20,000 nt of DNA from an uncultured virus (IMG/VR IMGVR_UViG_3300044719_000152) (Duplodnaviria > Heunggongvirae > Uroviricota > Caudoviricetes), in IMG/VR virus record IMGVR_UViG_3300044719_000152; one strand, given 5' to 3'. The notes under the pieces are model-generated. The model saw only the letters and a program-made list of their open reading frames with translations, did not search any database and was not told the origin of the DNA. Below, in pieces: positions 7,663 to 15,855 of the stretch (positions are counted from its first letter, which is position 1; every line of letters starts with the position of its first letter). Position numbers and translations under genes: made by a program.

Positions 7663-8633
7663 AGATCTTCGGCTGGTCGGCGGACACACAGGGGTGCAGC
7701 TACTGGCGCATGGAGCTGCCCATGGGCGAACTGGCGGCGCGTGGGCACACGACCTCGGTGCACCCGCTCCTGACGCGAGACGCACCGCAAGCGGACGTGA
7801 TCGTCGGTCAGCGGGTGCACCTGCCGGGCCCGACGGGGACGTGGCAGACGTGGGCCCGCGGCGGCAAGTTCCTGGTGTACGAGATTGACGATGACCTGTT
7901 CCGTGTGGACCAGCGGAACAGCATCGCGCACCGCTGGTACAAGCAGCAGGGCGTGCTGGACAACATCCGGGCGAACGCGGCGGCGGCGTCCCGGGTGACG
8001 GTGACGACAGAGCCGCTGGCCGAGGTGATGCGCGAGTTCAACCGAGACGTGCGGATCGTGCCGAACCTCATTCCCTCGTGGCTGTTGGAGCACGAGCCGC
8101 CGCGTCGGTCCGACGTCGTCACGGTCGGGTGGGGTGGCAGCCCGACGCACGACATGGACCTCAGCGTGATGGAGGACGAGCTGCGGCGCCTGCTGCGGAA
8201 GGAGCGCGGCTTCGAGGTGCACACGATGGGCGGGGACTACGGGCCGTTCATGCGCCTGCCGGCGGATCGGTACCGGTGGACGCCGTGGGTGCAGGGCGTG
8301 GTCCCGTTCCTGATGGCGATCGACTTTCACGTGGGGCTGTTGCCGTTGCGGGACCACGTGTTCAACCGGTCCAAGAGCTGGGTCACCGCGCTGGTGTACG
8401 CGGCGCTCGGCATCCCGGTGGTGGCCAGCGACGTCGGGCCGTACGCGGCGTTCGTGCGGCACGGCGAGACCGGGTTCCTGGTGAAGCGGCCCGGTGACTG
8501 GGTGCGGTACGTGAGGGACCTGGTGCGAGACACCGAGTTGCGGGAGTCGATGGGTGCGGCGGCCAAGGCGCTGGCGGCGAAGCACACCATCGAGGCGAAC
8601 TACGGGATGTGGGAAGAGGCGCTGCGGCCGTGA
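7659..8633 (+). CDS. GT-B fold glycosyltransferase (GT4-like), 324 aa
   Basis: GCSYWRMELP, VYEIDDDLF, VTVTTEPLA, VGWGGSPTHDMDL, FNRSKS...YAALGIPVVASDVGPY, VRHGETGFLV; AAGGAGG RBS with GTGA overlap. Confidence 0.92.
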   Translation: MKIFGWSADTQGCSYWRMELPMGELAARGHTTSVHPLLTRDAPQADVIVGQRVHLPGPTGTWQTWARGGKFLVYEIDDDLFRVDQRNSIAHRWYKQQGVLDNIRANAAAASRVTVTTEPLAEVMREFNRDVRIVPNLIPSWLLEHEPPRRSDVVTVGWGGSPTHDMDLSVMEDELRRLLRKERGFEVHTMGGDYGPFMRLPADRYRWTPWVQGVVPFLMAIDFHVGLLPLRDHVFNRSKSWVTALVYAALGIPVVASDVGPYAAFVRHGETGFLVKRPGDWVRYVRDLVRDTELRESMGAAAKALAAKHTIEANYGMWEEALRP

Positions 8634-8908
8634 CGATCCTGCGCTGGGAGGACCCGCCCCCGCTCAAGGACGGCGCTGATCAGGCGTGGGTGACTGATGT
8701 TGCCAACGTGCTGGCGGAGCGCCCCGGAACGTGGGCCGTGGTCGGTGAGTACCGGCAGCCGATGGATGCGATCAAGCCGGTTTGGCTGCTCGCGAACGTG
8801 CCGAACGTGTGGACCACTCACAGGATCTCGGAGCGCTGCACGACGCTCTACGCCTGCTGGTCCAGGAAGAAGCCCGAGGAACCGAGGGAGTCGAACGGTG
8901 GCAGCTGA
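8630..8908 (+). CDS. Hypothetical protein (92 aa)
   Basis: LRWEDPPP...LAERPGTWAVV, an actinophage-type small protein; GTGA overlap. Confidence 0.7.
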   Translation: MTILRWEDPPPLKDGADQAWVTDVANVLAERPGTWAVVGEYRQPMDAIKPVWLLANVPNVWTTHRISERCTTLYACWSRKKPEEPRESNGGS

Positions 8909-9611
8909 CCTGTTGATGATCGTGCCGAGCCGTGGCCGGCCCCAGAACGTGGCCGCGCTGCTGGACTCCTGGGCCGAGACCGCGACCGGCGCGGCAGACC
9001 TCGTCGTCGCGGTCGACGCCGACGACCCCGAGCTGCCGGGGTACGAGTCGCTGCGCATGAGCCGGTCCTGGCCGGCCGCGTTGGGGAACTTCCACATGCA
9101 CACTGGCGCGCGGCTGCGGCTGGGCGGCACGTTGAACTTCATCGCCGAGTGGGCGCTACTGCACTACCCGATGGTCGGGTTCCTCGGAGACGACCACCGG
9201 CCGCGCACCTCCGGGTTCGACCGCCGCATGGTCGAGGCGCTCACCGAGCTCGGCACCGGCATGGTCTACGCGGACGACCTTTTCCAGCGGCAGAACCTGC
9301 CGACCCAGATCGCGATGACCTCGGACATCGTGCGGGCGTTGGGCTACATGGTGCCGGGCGGTTTGGTGCACCTGTACGTGGACAACGCGTGGAAGGTGCT
9401 CGGCGAGCGGATCGGGCGGCTGCGGTACCTGCCGGACGTGGTGATCGAGCACTTGCACCCGTCGGCAGGAAAGGCCGACCTGGACGACTCGTACCGCGAG
9501 ACAAACTCGCAGCAGCAGTTCGACGCGGACCGTGGGCGGTTCGAGGACTGGCTGCGGTTCCAGGCCGATGCGGACGTGGCCCAGCTCCAGGAGCTGATCC
9601 GACGTGGCTGA
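8898..9611 (+). CDS. GT-A fold glycosyltransferase (GT2-like), 237 aa
   Basis: LLMIVPSRGRP, VVAVDADD, GFLGDDHRPRT, HLYVDN, VIEHLHP; GGGAG RBS before GTG 8898. Confidence 0.85.
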   Translation: MAADLLMIVPSRGRPQNVAALLDSWAETATGAADLVVAVDADDPELPGYESLRMSRSWPAALGNFHMHTGARLRLGGTLNFIAEWALLHYPMVGFLGDDHRPRTSGFDRRMVEALTELGTGMVYADDLFQRQNLPTQIAMTSDIVRALGYMVPGGLVHLYVDNAWKVLGERIGRLRYLPDVVIEHLHPSAGKADLDDSYRETNSQQQFDADRGRFEDWLRFQADADVAQLQELIRRG

Positions 9612-10200
9612 CGTGCCGGAGGTCCGGATCAGTCCGGACAGGACGCAGGTTGCGGTCCTCACGGATCCCGGCCAGCACACACCATGGGCCACGGTCAGGG
9701 TGCTGATCGGCGGCGTTGCAACGGACGAGTGGGTGGCTGGATGGACGCCACTCGTCGATGCAACGGAGCAGGCGGTCACTCCTGACAAAGCTGCCGCGCT
9801 GGTCCTCTACGAGGCGGCCGAGTGGGTGGCGTCCTACCGGGACCAGATGAAGCGGGGCTCCGGCGACCGGCGTGCCGCCGAACGTATCCACGCCGTGCTG
9901 GCGGATCGGGCCCGGCGGCGGCACCTCGGCGAGCTGTACGACCCGGCGATCGCCGTGAGCGGGGAGTTGCTGCGGCAGGAGCTCGCGGCGCGGCCAGCGC
10001 CGGTGGACCTGGCTGGGCTGGCCGACAAGTGGGAGAAGGAGGCGCACGCCATCGCCACTGACGGGTTCGTGCCGCTGTCCATCCGCGACAAGGGAACGCC
10101 AGAGGACGCAGCGCAGTGGCGGAAGCAGGCCGAGGCGCAGGCGTACGGCATGAACTGGTGCGCAGGCGAACTGCGGCGAGCGATGGGGGCTGGCCAGTGA
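9604..10200 (+). CDS. Hypothetical protein (198 aa)
   Basis: AGGAG RBS; overlaps both neighbours. Confidence 0.7.
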   Translation: MADVPEVRISPDRTQVAVLTDPGQHTPWATVRVLIGGVATDEWVAGWTPLVDATEQAVTPDKAAALVLYEAAEWVASYRDQMKRGSGDRRAAERIHAVLADRARRRHLGELYDPAIAVSGELLRQELAARPAPVDLAGLADKWEKEAHAIATDGFVPLSIRDKGTPEDAAQWRKQAEAQAYGMNWCAGELRRAMGAGQ

Positions 10201-10799
10201 CCGAGTGGCAGCTGTTCGAGTCGGGCACCGTGCCGGAGTGCACGACGCCGGCCTGGTACGAGGGCCGCGAGCGTGCGCCGCACGTCGACCAGGACGCGCA
10301 CCGCGGCCGGCTCGTGCTCGCCGCCGACATGGTGCGGGACGCGATCGACCAGTACGGGGTGCGGTCCGTTGTGGACCTCGGGTGCGGCGACGGCGGACTC
10401 CTGTCGCTGCTCCAGCCGTACTCGTTCGAGCACGACGTGCCGATGTGGGGCTACGACCTCCAGCGCTCCAACGTGAACCCGGCCGTGCTGGAGCGCGAGG
10501 TCGACGTGCGGTTCGGTGACGCGGTGAACGGCGCCGTCGAGTGGGGCGAGCTGGCGGTGTGCACCGAGTTCCTGGAGCACCTGGTCGACCCTCACGGGTT
10601 CGTGCGCCGGGTCGGCGAGCACGCGCGGGTGATCGTGGCGAGCTCGCCGTTTACGGAGACCGACCAGTCGCACTACGAGTTCCACACCTGGGCGTTCGAC
10701 ATGGCCGGGTATCGGGCGCTGATCGAGCAGGCCGGCTACCACGTCGAGCGGCACGAGACGACGTCGATGTTCCAGGTGATCCTCGGGAGGAAGCCGTGA
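10197..10799 (+). CDS. Class I SAM-dependent methyltransferase (200 aa)
   Basis: VVDLGCGDGGLL (motif I), GYDL, CTEFLEHLVDP. No DPPY/NPPY or PC motif, so not a DNA methyltransferase. Confidence 0.9.
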   Translation: MTEWQLFESGTVPECTTPAWYEGRERAPHVDQDAHRGRLVLAADMVRDAIDQYGVRSVVDLGCGDGGLLSLLQPYSFEHDVPMWGYDLQRSNVNPAVLEREVDVRFGDAVNGAVEWGELAVCTEFLEHLVDPHGFVRRVGEHARVIVASSPFTETDQSHYEFHTWAFDMAGYRALIEQAGYHVERHETTSMFQVILGRKP

Positions 10800-11155
10800 C
10801 CGACGACGAGAACGACGGCTGGCGGGCGCATGTCCTGTACGAGGATCGGGTGCTGTACGAGGACGGTGCGCTGCGGATGGCGCTGGGCCGCCGCATCGGT
10901 CGAGGGGCGCACGAGTGCGTGGTCGGTATCGATGCCGCGGGCGGCCTCACGCTGAAGCTGGCCGAAGAGGGCACCCAGGTGCCGACCTTCCTCCTGCCGT
11001 CCACCGTTGCCCGCGCGTTGCTCGATGCGTTGGCGCAGCACTTCGGCGGGACCGGCGACGTGCGGCAGCTTCGGAAGGAACACGATGCCGAGCGGGCCCG
11101 CGTGGACAAGCTGATCGCCACGCTCTCCACCGTCGCGACGCGGGGGCAGCCGTGA
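10796..11155 (+). CDS. Hypothetical protein (119 aa)
   Basis: GGAGG RBS, GTGA overlaps, C-terminal coiled coil (LRKEHDAERARVDKLIATL). Confidence 0.75.
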   Translation: MTDDENDGWRAHVLYEDRVLYEDGALRMALGRRIGRGAHECVVGIDAAGGLTLKLAEEGTQVPTFLLPSTVARALLDALAQHFGGTGDVRQLRKEHDAERARVDKLIATLSTVATRGQP

Positions 11156-11307
11156 CGCTAAGGCCGTACGTCTGCCGGCGGTGCCAGACGCCGCGCGCCA
11201 GCTGGGAGATCTTCGAGGCAGCCCGGTTCGGCCGCCCGAAGTACTACTGCCTGGGCTGCATCCCGTGGTGGGTGCGGCTGACGATGTGGCTGCGGGGTGT
11301 GGAGTGA
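11152..11307 (+). CDS. Small zinc-ribbon-like protein (51 aa)
   Basis: CRRC...CLGC; GTGA overlaps at both ends. Confidence 0.6.
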   Translation: MTLRPYVCRRCQTPRASWEIFEAARFGRPKYYCLGCIPWWVRLTMWLRGVE

Positions 11308-11669
11308 GCGAGCAGCAGCGCACCGAGCGGACCGCCGTCGAGCAGGCCGTGTACGACACGCTGGCCGAGTACAACCACCGCGCCCACGGCCTGACCGCCG
11401 TGCCCGAACCGACATGGTTCCTGGACTGGCTGCGGGAACGCGGCTACGAGGTCACGCCGACCGGTGCCCGGGACGAGTCGCTGTCGGAGTGGCTGGAGAA
11501 CTCGCGGGTGGCCGAGGTGCTGGCGGCGCTGGTCCGGCGTGGTGGGTCGGAGGCGGCCGAGTTCACGGACTCCGAGTTGCACGGATTCGACGCGACGCAG
11601 CAGCAGGTGCAGTTCCGGCAGGACGACGACGGGAATGTGCGCGTGGAGATCACGGAGGTGTCGGAGTGA
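11304..11669 (+). CDS. Hypothetical protein (121 aa)
   Basis: GTGA overlaps at both ends; acidic, protein-like sequence. Confidence 0.7.
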   Translation: MSEQQRTERTAVEQAVYDTLAEYNHRAHGLTAVPEPTWFLDWLRERGYEVTPTGARDESLSEWLENSRVAEVLAALVRRGGSEAAEFTDSELHGFDATQQQVQFRQDDDGNVRVEITEVSE

Positions 11670-11839
11670 GCCGGGAGACGAGGCAGCTGCACCCGCTGGT
11701 CGCGCTCGGCGTGGCCGGGCTGGTGGCGGGGTGTGTGGCTTGGGCGTGGCTGGGCGAGTGGCGGTGGGCCGTCACCGGTGTGGGCGCGCTGCTGGTGACC
11801 ACGGTGGTCGCGGCGGTGCGCGGGAAGGGGCACGCGTGA
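11666..11839 (+). CDS. Small membrane protein with two predicted TM segments (57 aa)
   Basis: LVALGVAGLVAGCVAWAWL and WAVTGVGALLVTTVVAAV; GGAGG RBS; GTGA overlaps. Confidence 0.7.
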   Translation: MSRETRQLHPLVALGVAGLVAGCVAWAWLGEWRWAVTGVGALLVTTVVAAVRGKGHA

Positions 11840-12789
11840 AGATCCTCGTCACCGGCCACCGTGGCTTCGTCGGCAGGCACCTCTGGCGCGCCCTCGCCGA
11901 CCGAGGGCACTCGCTGACGGGCATCGACCTGCTGGGCTACGGCGACCATCAGCCCGAGCTGGCCGACATCGCGACGGAGGAAAGGCGGGATGCCCTGGAC
12001 TTCTTCCGCACGGACACCACGCGGTTCGACTTGGCGTTCCACTGCGCGGCGGTGATCGGCGGCCGGGCGTCCATCGACGGCTCACCGCTCGCGGTCGGCA
12101 CCAACCTGGCGCTGGACACCTGGTACTTCCGGTGGCTGGCCCGGACGGGGACGCCGCGCGCCGTCTACTTCTCCAGCTCGGCGGCCTACCCCACGGTGTT
12201 GCAGGACCGCGGGTACCACGACCGGTATGTCGACAGCGTGCGGGATCGGGTCAGGCGATTGACCCTCGGTAACCGGCTCAGCGAGTCGGACATCCGGCTG
12301 GACGTGATGCGGCGGCCGGACCAGACGTACGGGTTCGCCAAGCTCGCCGGCGAGTTCCTGGCCCAGTACGCCGAGGGCACGCAGGTGACGATCGTGCGGC
12401 CATTCTCGGGCTATGGCTCCGACCAGGCGCTGGATTACCCGTTCCCGTCCTTCATCGACCGGGCCAAGCGGAAGGCGGACCCGTTCGAGATCTGGGGCGA
12501 CGGCGAGCAAACCAGGGACTGGATCCACATCGACGACGTGGTCGGCGCGACGCTCGCCGCCGTCGAGCAGGAGGTGCCCGGCCCGGTGAACCTGTGCACC
12601 GGCAGGCCGACCAGCTTCAACGAGCTGGCCAAGCTGGTGACCACGGAGGCCGGCTACTCCCCCGCGTTCCGCCACCTCACCGCGAAGCCGAGCGGGGTGC
12701 ACTACCGGGTCGGCGACCCGACCAAGCTCCTGTCGTTCTACGAGCCGAAAGTCAGTCTGGAGGACGGGATCCGCCGTGCACTTCAATGA
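11836..12789 (+). CDS. NAD-dependent nucleotide-sugar epimerase/dehydratase (extended SDR), 317 aa
   Basis: KILVTGHRGFVG (GxxGxxG), FHCAA, YFSSSAAY, YGFAK (YxxxK), IWGDGEQTRDWIHIDD. Confidence 0.95.
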   Translation: MKILVTGHRGFVGRHLWRALADRGHSLTGIDLLGYGDHQPELADIATEERRDALDFFRTDTTRFDLAFHCAAVIGGRASIDGSPLAVGTNLALDTWYFRWLARTGTPRAVYFSSSAAYPTVLQDRGYHDRYVDSVRDRVRRLTLGNRLSESDIRLDVMRRPDQTYGFAKLAGEFLAQYAEGTQVTIVRPFSGYGSDQALDYPFPSFIDRAKRKADPFEIWGDGEQTRDWIHIDDVVGATLAAVEQEVPGPVNLCTGRPTSFNELAKLVTTEAGYSPAFRHLTAKPSGVHYRVGDPTKLLSFYEPKVSLEDGIRRALQ

Positions 12790-13045
12790 GGAGGACTTCG
12801 AGGTCACGCCCAACACGGACGGGGCCGTCGACAGCCAGCACTTCATCACCTTCGACCTGCCGGACACCGGCGAGGACATGGTCGACCTGCTGCTGGAGAA
12901 GCTCCAACGGTTCCGGGAGCAGTTGCGCGAGGACCACCCGAACACCTTCTGGCTCAAGGGGAAGGTGACGTTCGGCGCGAGCTGGGGGATGACGTCGTCG
13001 CGGCAGCCGTCGATCCGGATCGAGATGCGGGGGCGGCGACGGTGA
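12776..13045 (+). CDS. Hypothetical protein (89 aa)
   Basis: GTG start overlapping the epimerase end; GTGA overlap with the next gene. Confidence 0.65.
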   Translation: MHFNEEDFEVTPNTDGAVDSQHFITFDLPDTGEDMVDLLLEKLQRFREQLREDHPNTFWLKGKVTFGASWGMTSSRQPSIRIEMRGRRR

Positions 13046-13434
13046 CCGGCCTGCCCGGCGCCGAGCCGCCGGACATGGCCGCCGCATCCGGCGCACCGCT
13101 CGACGAGGTGCGCGCCGGAGCATCGCGCGCCCGGACCACGAGCGCGGCGTTCGCGCCACCGTCGGCGTTCCGGGAGGTACTCGACGAGGCCACGCGCAAA
13201 GCGATCCGCGCGCACGCTGCGGTTGAGGCGCGGATGCCGGAGGTCATGGCCGGGCTGATGGCGCGGGAGCGCCTGCTGTCGGCGGGGCTCGCTGAGGACG
13301 AGCTGGAGTGGATCGTCCCGACGGCGTACGGGTGGGGTGAACCGGGCCAGGAGGGCAACCAGCTGTACGGCATCCGGATCCGCGCAGTCGAGGGCATCGA
13401 CCACCTGTACCTCGCGGCCACGGTGAAGCCGTGA
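13042..13434 (+). CDS. Hypothetical protein (130 aa)
   Basis: GTGA overlaps at both ends. Confidence 0.65.
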   Translation: MTGLPGAEPPDMAAASGAPLDEVRAGASRARTTSAAFAPPSAFREVLDEATRKAIRAHAAVEARMPEVMAGLMARERLLSAGLAEDELEWIVPTAYGWGEPGQEGNQLYGIRIRAVEGIDHLYLAATVKP

Positions 13435-14024
13435 GCCTCGACATCGGCGTGGTCATCCCCGCCCACCCTGCGCGGATCCGCGCCGGCCTGCTGGACCGCG
13501 CGGTCGCCTCGGTGTGGGCCCAGACCCTGCCAGCGGCCGAGCTGCACATCCCGGTCGACCGGCACCGCGAGGGCGCGGCGGCGACCCGGAACCGCGGCCT
13601 GGCCGCCGTCGACTCGGAATGGGTGGCGTTCCTCGACAGCGACGACGAGTTCCTGCCGCACCACCTCGAGCGGCTCGCCGCGCACGCGGTCGAGACTGGC
13701 GCGGACATGGTGTACCCGTGGTTCGAGACGCCGGGCTGGTCCGACCCGCTCGGCCGGTTCGGACAGCCGTTCGACCCGGTATCCATCCGGTCGGCGAACT
13801 ACGTGCCCGTCACCGTGCTGGTCCGGACCGAGCTCCTGCGCTCGGTCGGCGGGTTCGTCAACCTCCACGACGGCAGCGAGCGGGCCACCTGCGAGGACTG
13901 GGGAGCGTGGCTCGCCCTCATCGACGCTGGCGCGCGGATCGTGCACCTGCCCGAGCGGACCTGGCGGTGGCACCTGCACGGCGGCAACACGAGCGGCCGC
14001 ACCACCCAGGGCGACGCGGCCTGA
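13431..14024 (+). CDS. GT2 family glycosyltransferase (197 aa)
   Basis: IGVVIPAH, SVWAQT, GAAATRNRGL, WVAFLDSDDEF (DxD), CEDW. Confidence 0.93.
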   Translation: MSLDIGVVIPAHPARIRAGLLDRAVASVWAQTLPAAELHIPVDRHREGAAATRNRGLAAVDSEWVAFLDSDDEFLPHHLERLAAHAVETGADMVYPWFETPGWSDPLGRFGQPFDPVSIRSANYVPVTVLVRTELLRSVGGFVNLHDGSERATCEDWGAWLALIDAGARIVHLPERTWRWHLHGGNTSGRTTQGDAA

Positions 14025-14027
14025 TGA

Positions 14028-14059
14028 GCGGAAGGCCCCACCGAAGCGGGGCCTTCGCG
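14028..14059. terminator. Hairpin, probably a bidirectional terminator between convergent operons
   Basis: GAAGGCCCC(14031-14039)-ACCGAAGC-GGGGCCTTC(14048-14056), a perfect 9-bp stem in the 35-bp gap; no U-tract, as is common in actinobacteria. Confidence 0.75.
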
Positions 14060-14788
14060 TCATGACGCAGATTCGTCGGGGATCTCCTGCCAGTACTGGA
14101 GTTCGTACAGGTGCGCGCCTTTCACAAGCACGCTGGCCTCGACCGGCCGCTCCCCCGAGTAGATCGTCCGCAACTGCCGGATCACCGGTACATCAGAGGG
14201 CAGGTCGAGGGTCTCCAGCTCCGCGGTCGTCGGCTGGCGCGCGGAGATGCGGTCGGTCAACCGCTGCTGCGGCCATCCCTGGTCGGCCAGCACGCGGGGT
14301 GCGCCGCCGCGGATCCGGAGCCGCCGGGCCAGCGGGGTGCCGGCGGCCAGCTCGAGCGGGTAGTACGACCAGCTGATCTCGACCGGCTCACCGTCGTGTA
14401 ACAGCAGCCGGTGACGGAGGATCGCCGTGCCGTCCTCGCCGAGGCCGAGCGCTTGCGCGGCGTCCGCCGGCGGACGCGTCTCAGCGACGTCGAGCAGCTG
14501 GTAGGCGTAGCCATTCGGCATCGGTTCGAAGTAGGCGGCGATGTCGACCACGAACGGGCGCCGGTCCCGCACGTACACGCCGGCGCCGGGCCTGCTGTGC
14601 AGGTAGCCCTCCTCGCGCAGGGCGGTGGTCACCTTCTGGATGGTGGGGTTGGCGGCGCCGTAGCGGTCGACGAGCTGGGTGGTGGACGGCAGTTGGTCCC
14701 CCGGCGCGAGATCACCGGCCATGATCTTGGCGCGGAGGTCGGCCGCGACCTGCTGGTGCAGGGGCCGGGTGTCACGCGGTCGCGGCAT
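14060..14788 (-). CDS. GntR family (HutC/UTRA) transcriptional regulator
   Basis: wHTH HQQVAADLRAKIMAGDLAPGDQLPST...LREEGYLHSRPGAGVYVR plus a C-terminal UTRA domain (GEPVEISWSYYP, VIRQLRTIY, RPVEAS). Confidence 0.95.
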   Translation of the reverse strand: MPRPRDTRPLHQQVAADLRAKIMAGDLAPGDQLPSTTQLVDRYGAANPTIQKVTTALREEGYLHSRPGAGVYVRDRRPFVVDIAAYFEPMPNGYAYQLLDVAETRPPADAAQALGLGEDGTAILRHRLLLHDGEPVEISWSYYPLELAAGTPLARRLRIRGGAPRVLADQGWPQQRLTDRISARQPTTAELETLDLPSDVPVIRQLRTIYSGERPVEASVLVKGAHLYELQYWQEIPDESAS

Positions 14789-15329
14789 CGTCGCCTCCGA
14801 GCTGGTACCGGAGGCGACGGCCCGGGAGCATGGTCATCACGCTGACTTCGACCGGGACGCCATCCTGGTTGGTGATGGTCCGGGTGAGCTCGAGCACGGG
14901 CGTCGGTTCGGTGAGGTTCAGTAGCTCCCGCTCGGCGGCCGTGGCGAACCGGGCTGCGATGTCCTCGCACGGCGGCCGAAAATCGTGGCCGAGGCTGGCC
15001 AGCAGGGTGGGCGCGCCGCCGGGGATCTTCCGCTGCTCGGCAAGTCGGGTGCCGCGGGCGATCGCCGCCGGGTAGTAGGAGTCGGCGAGCTCGACCGGCT
15101 GGCCGTCGAGGAGTACCACCCGGCGGCGGACGACGGCGGGTTCATGCGGCGATTGCTGGAGGGCAGCGGCGACCTGTGCCGGCGGCTGCACCTCGGCGAC
15201 TTCGCGCAGTCGATGGGTGCCGGTATGGCCGTGCTCGGCGGCCTCTTGCGCCCAGGCATCGGGCTGGCCGGGTTGACGTGGTTTGACGTAGGGCGTCGAG
15301 ACGCTGACCCACGTATCTGTGCTGGTCAC
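14772..15329 (-). CDS. Stand-alone UTRA domain protein (no DNA-binding domain)
   Basis: VRRRVVLLDGQPVELADSYYP, KIPGGAP, VLELTRTITNQDGVPVEVSVM; no N-terminal wHTH; AGGAG RBS. Confidence 0.88.
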   Translation of the reverse strand: MTSTDTWVSVSTPYVKPRQPGQPDAWAQEAAEHGHTGTHRLREVAEVQPPAQVAAALQQSPHEPAVVRRRVVLLDGQPVELADSYYPAAIARGTRLAEQRKIPGGAPTLLASLGHDFRPPCEDIAARFATAAERELLNLTEPTPVLELTRTITNQDGVPVEVSVMTMLPGRRLRYQLGGDDAATA

Positions 15330-15377
15330 GGTGTGGGGCTCCTCTGGTCGCGGGTGGTGTGGTCCGCACCGCCCGTG

Positions 15378-15467
15378 ATCGCAACTGTAACCGAAAGGCG
15401 GTACGGCTACAGGTCGCGCTCACCCGGTCACAGCATTGCCACTGTTCGCGAATCGCTATACGGTTAT
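15378..15467. repeat. Imperfect 33-bp direct repeat in a divergent promoter gap
   Basis: 15378-15410 ATCGCAACTGTAACCGAAAGGCGGTACGGCTAC versus 15435-15467 ATTGCCACTGTTCGCGAATCGCTATACGGTTAT, 22/33 identical by hand count. Confidence 0.5.
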
Positions 15468-15492
15468 GGTGTTACCGACCCCGGAGGCCGCG

Positions 15493-15855
15493 ATGAGCAG
15501 CAACGTCCAGCGCGAGATCGACAACGCCATCGACGCGCTGCACGCTGCCGGCATCGCCGTCGTTCTCACGGATCACCCGGTCGTGACCGCCGAGCCGCAG
15601 GCCGACGGACGTGTCCTCGCCGCCGTCGGCCTGCTCTCCACCACCCGCACCGGCCGTGCGATCGTCGAGCTGTACGACTCGACCGAGAACGTGCGACTGA
15701 GCATGCTCGAGCACGCCGAGCAGGACGTTGCCGACGCGATCCGCCATGGCCGGGCGGTCACCGAGCTGCGGTGCTGGCTGCATCCGGAGACCGTGGCCGA
15801 GATGCGCGCGTGGGCGGCGGTCCGGGACGGCCTGCTCGTGGACGCGACCGCCTAG
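15493..15855 (+). CDS. Hypothetical protein (120 aa)
   Basis: GGAGG RBS before ATG 15493 (MSSNVQREIDNAIDALHAAG...). Confidence 0.7.
   Translation: MSSNVQREIDNAIDALHAAGIAVVLTDHPVVTAEPQADGRVLAAVGLLSTTRTGRAIVELYDSTENVRLSMLEHAEQDVADAIRHGRAVTELRCWLHPETVAEMRAWAAVRDGLLVDATA

Noticed and set aside
10197..10799. DNA methyltransferase or restriction-modification system
   Set aside because: No DNA MTase catalytic motif; it has the small-molecule/sugar MTase pattern LEHL.
11666..11839. Holin
   Set aside because: Two TM segments but no endolysin nearby, and it lies within the glycosylation operon.
11836..12789. GDP-mannose 3,5-epimerase call
   Set aside because: Has SSSAAY rather than the Cys-containing SSAC motif; substrate cannot be assigned.
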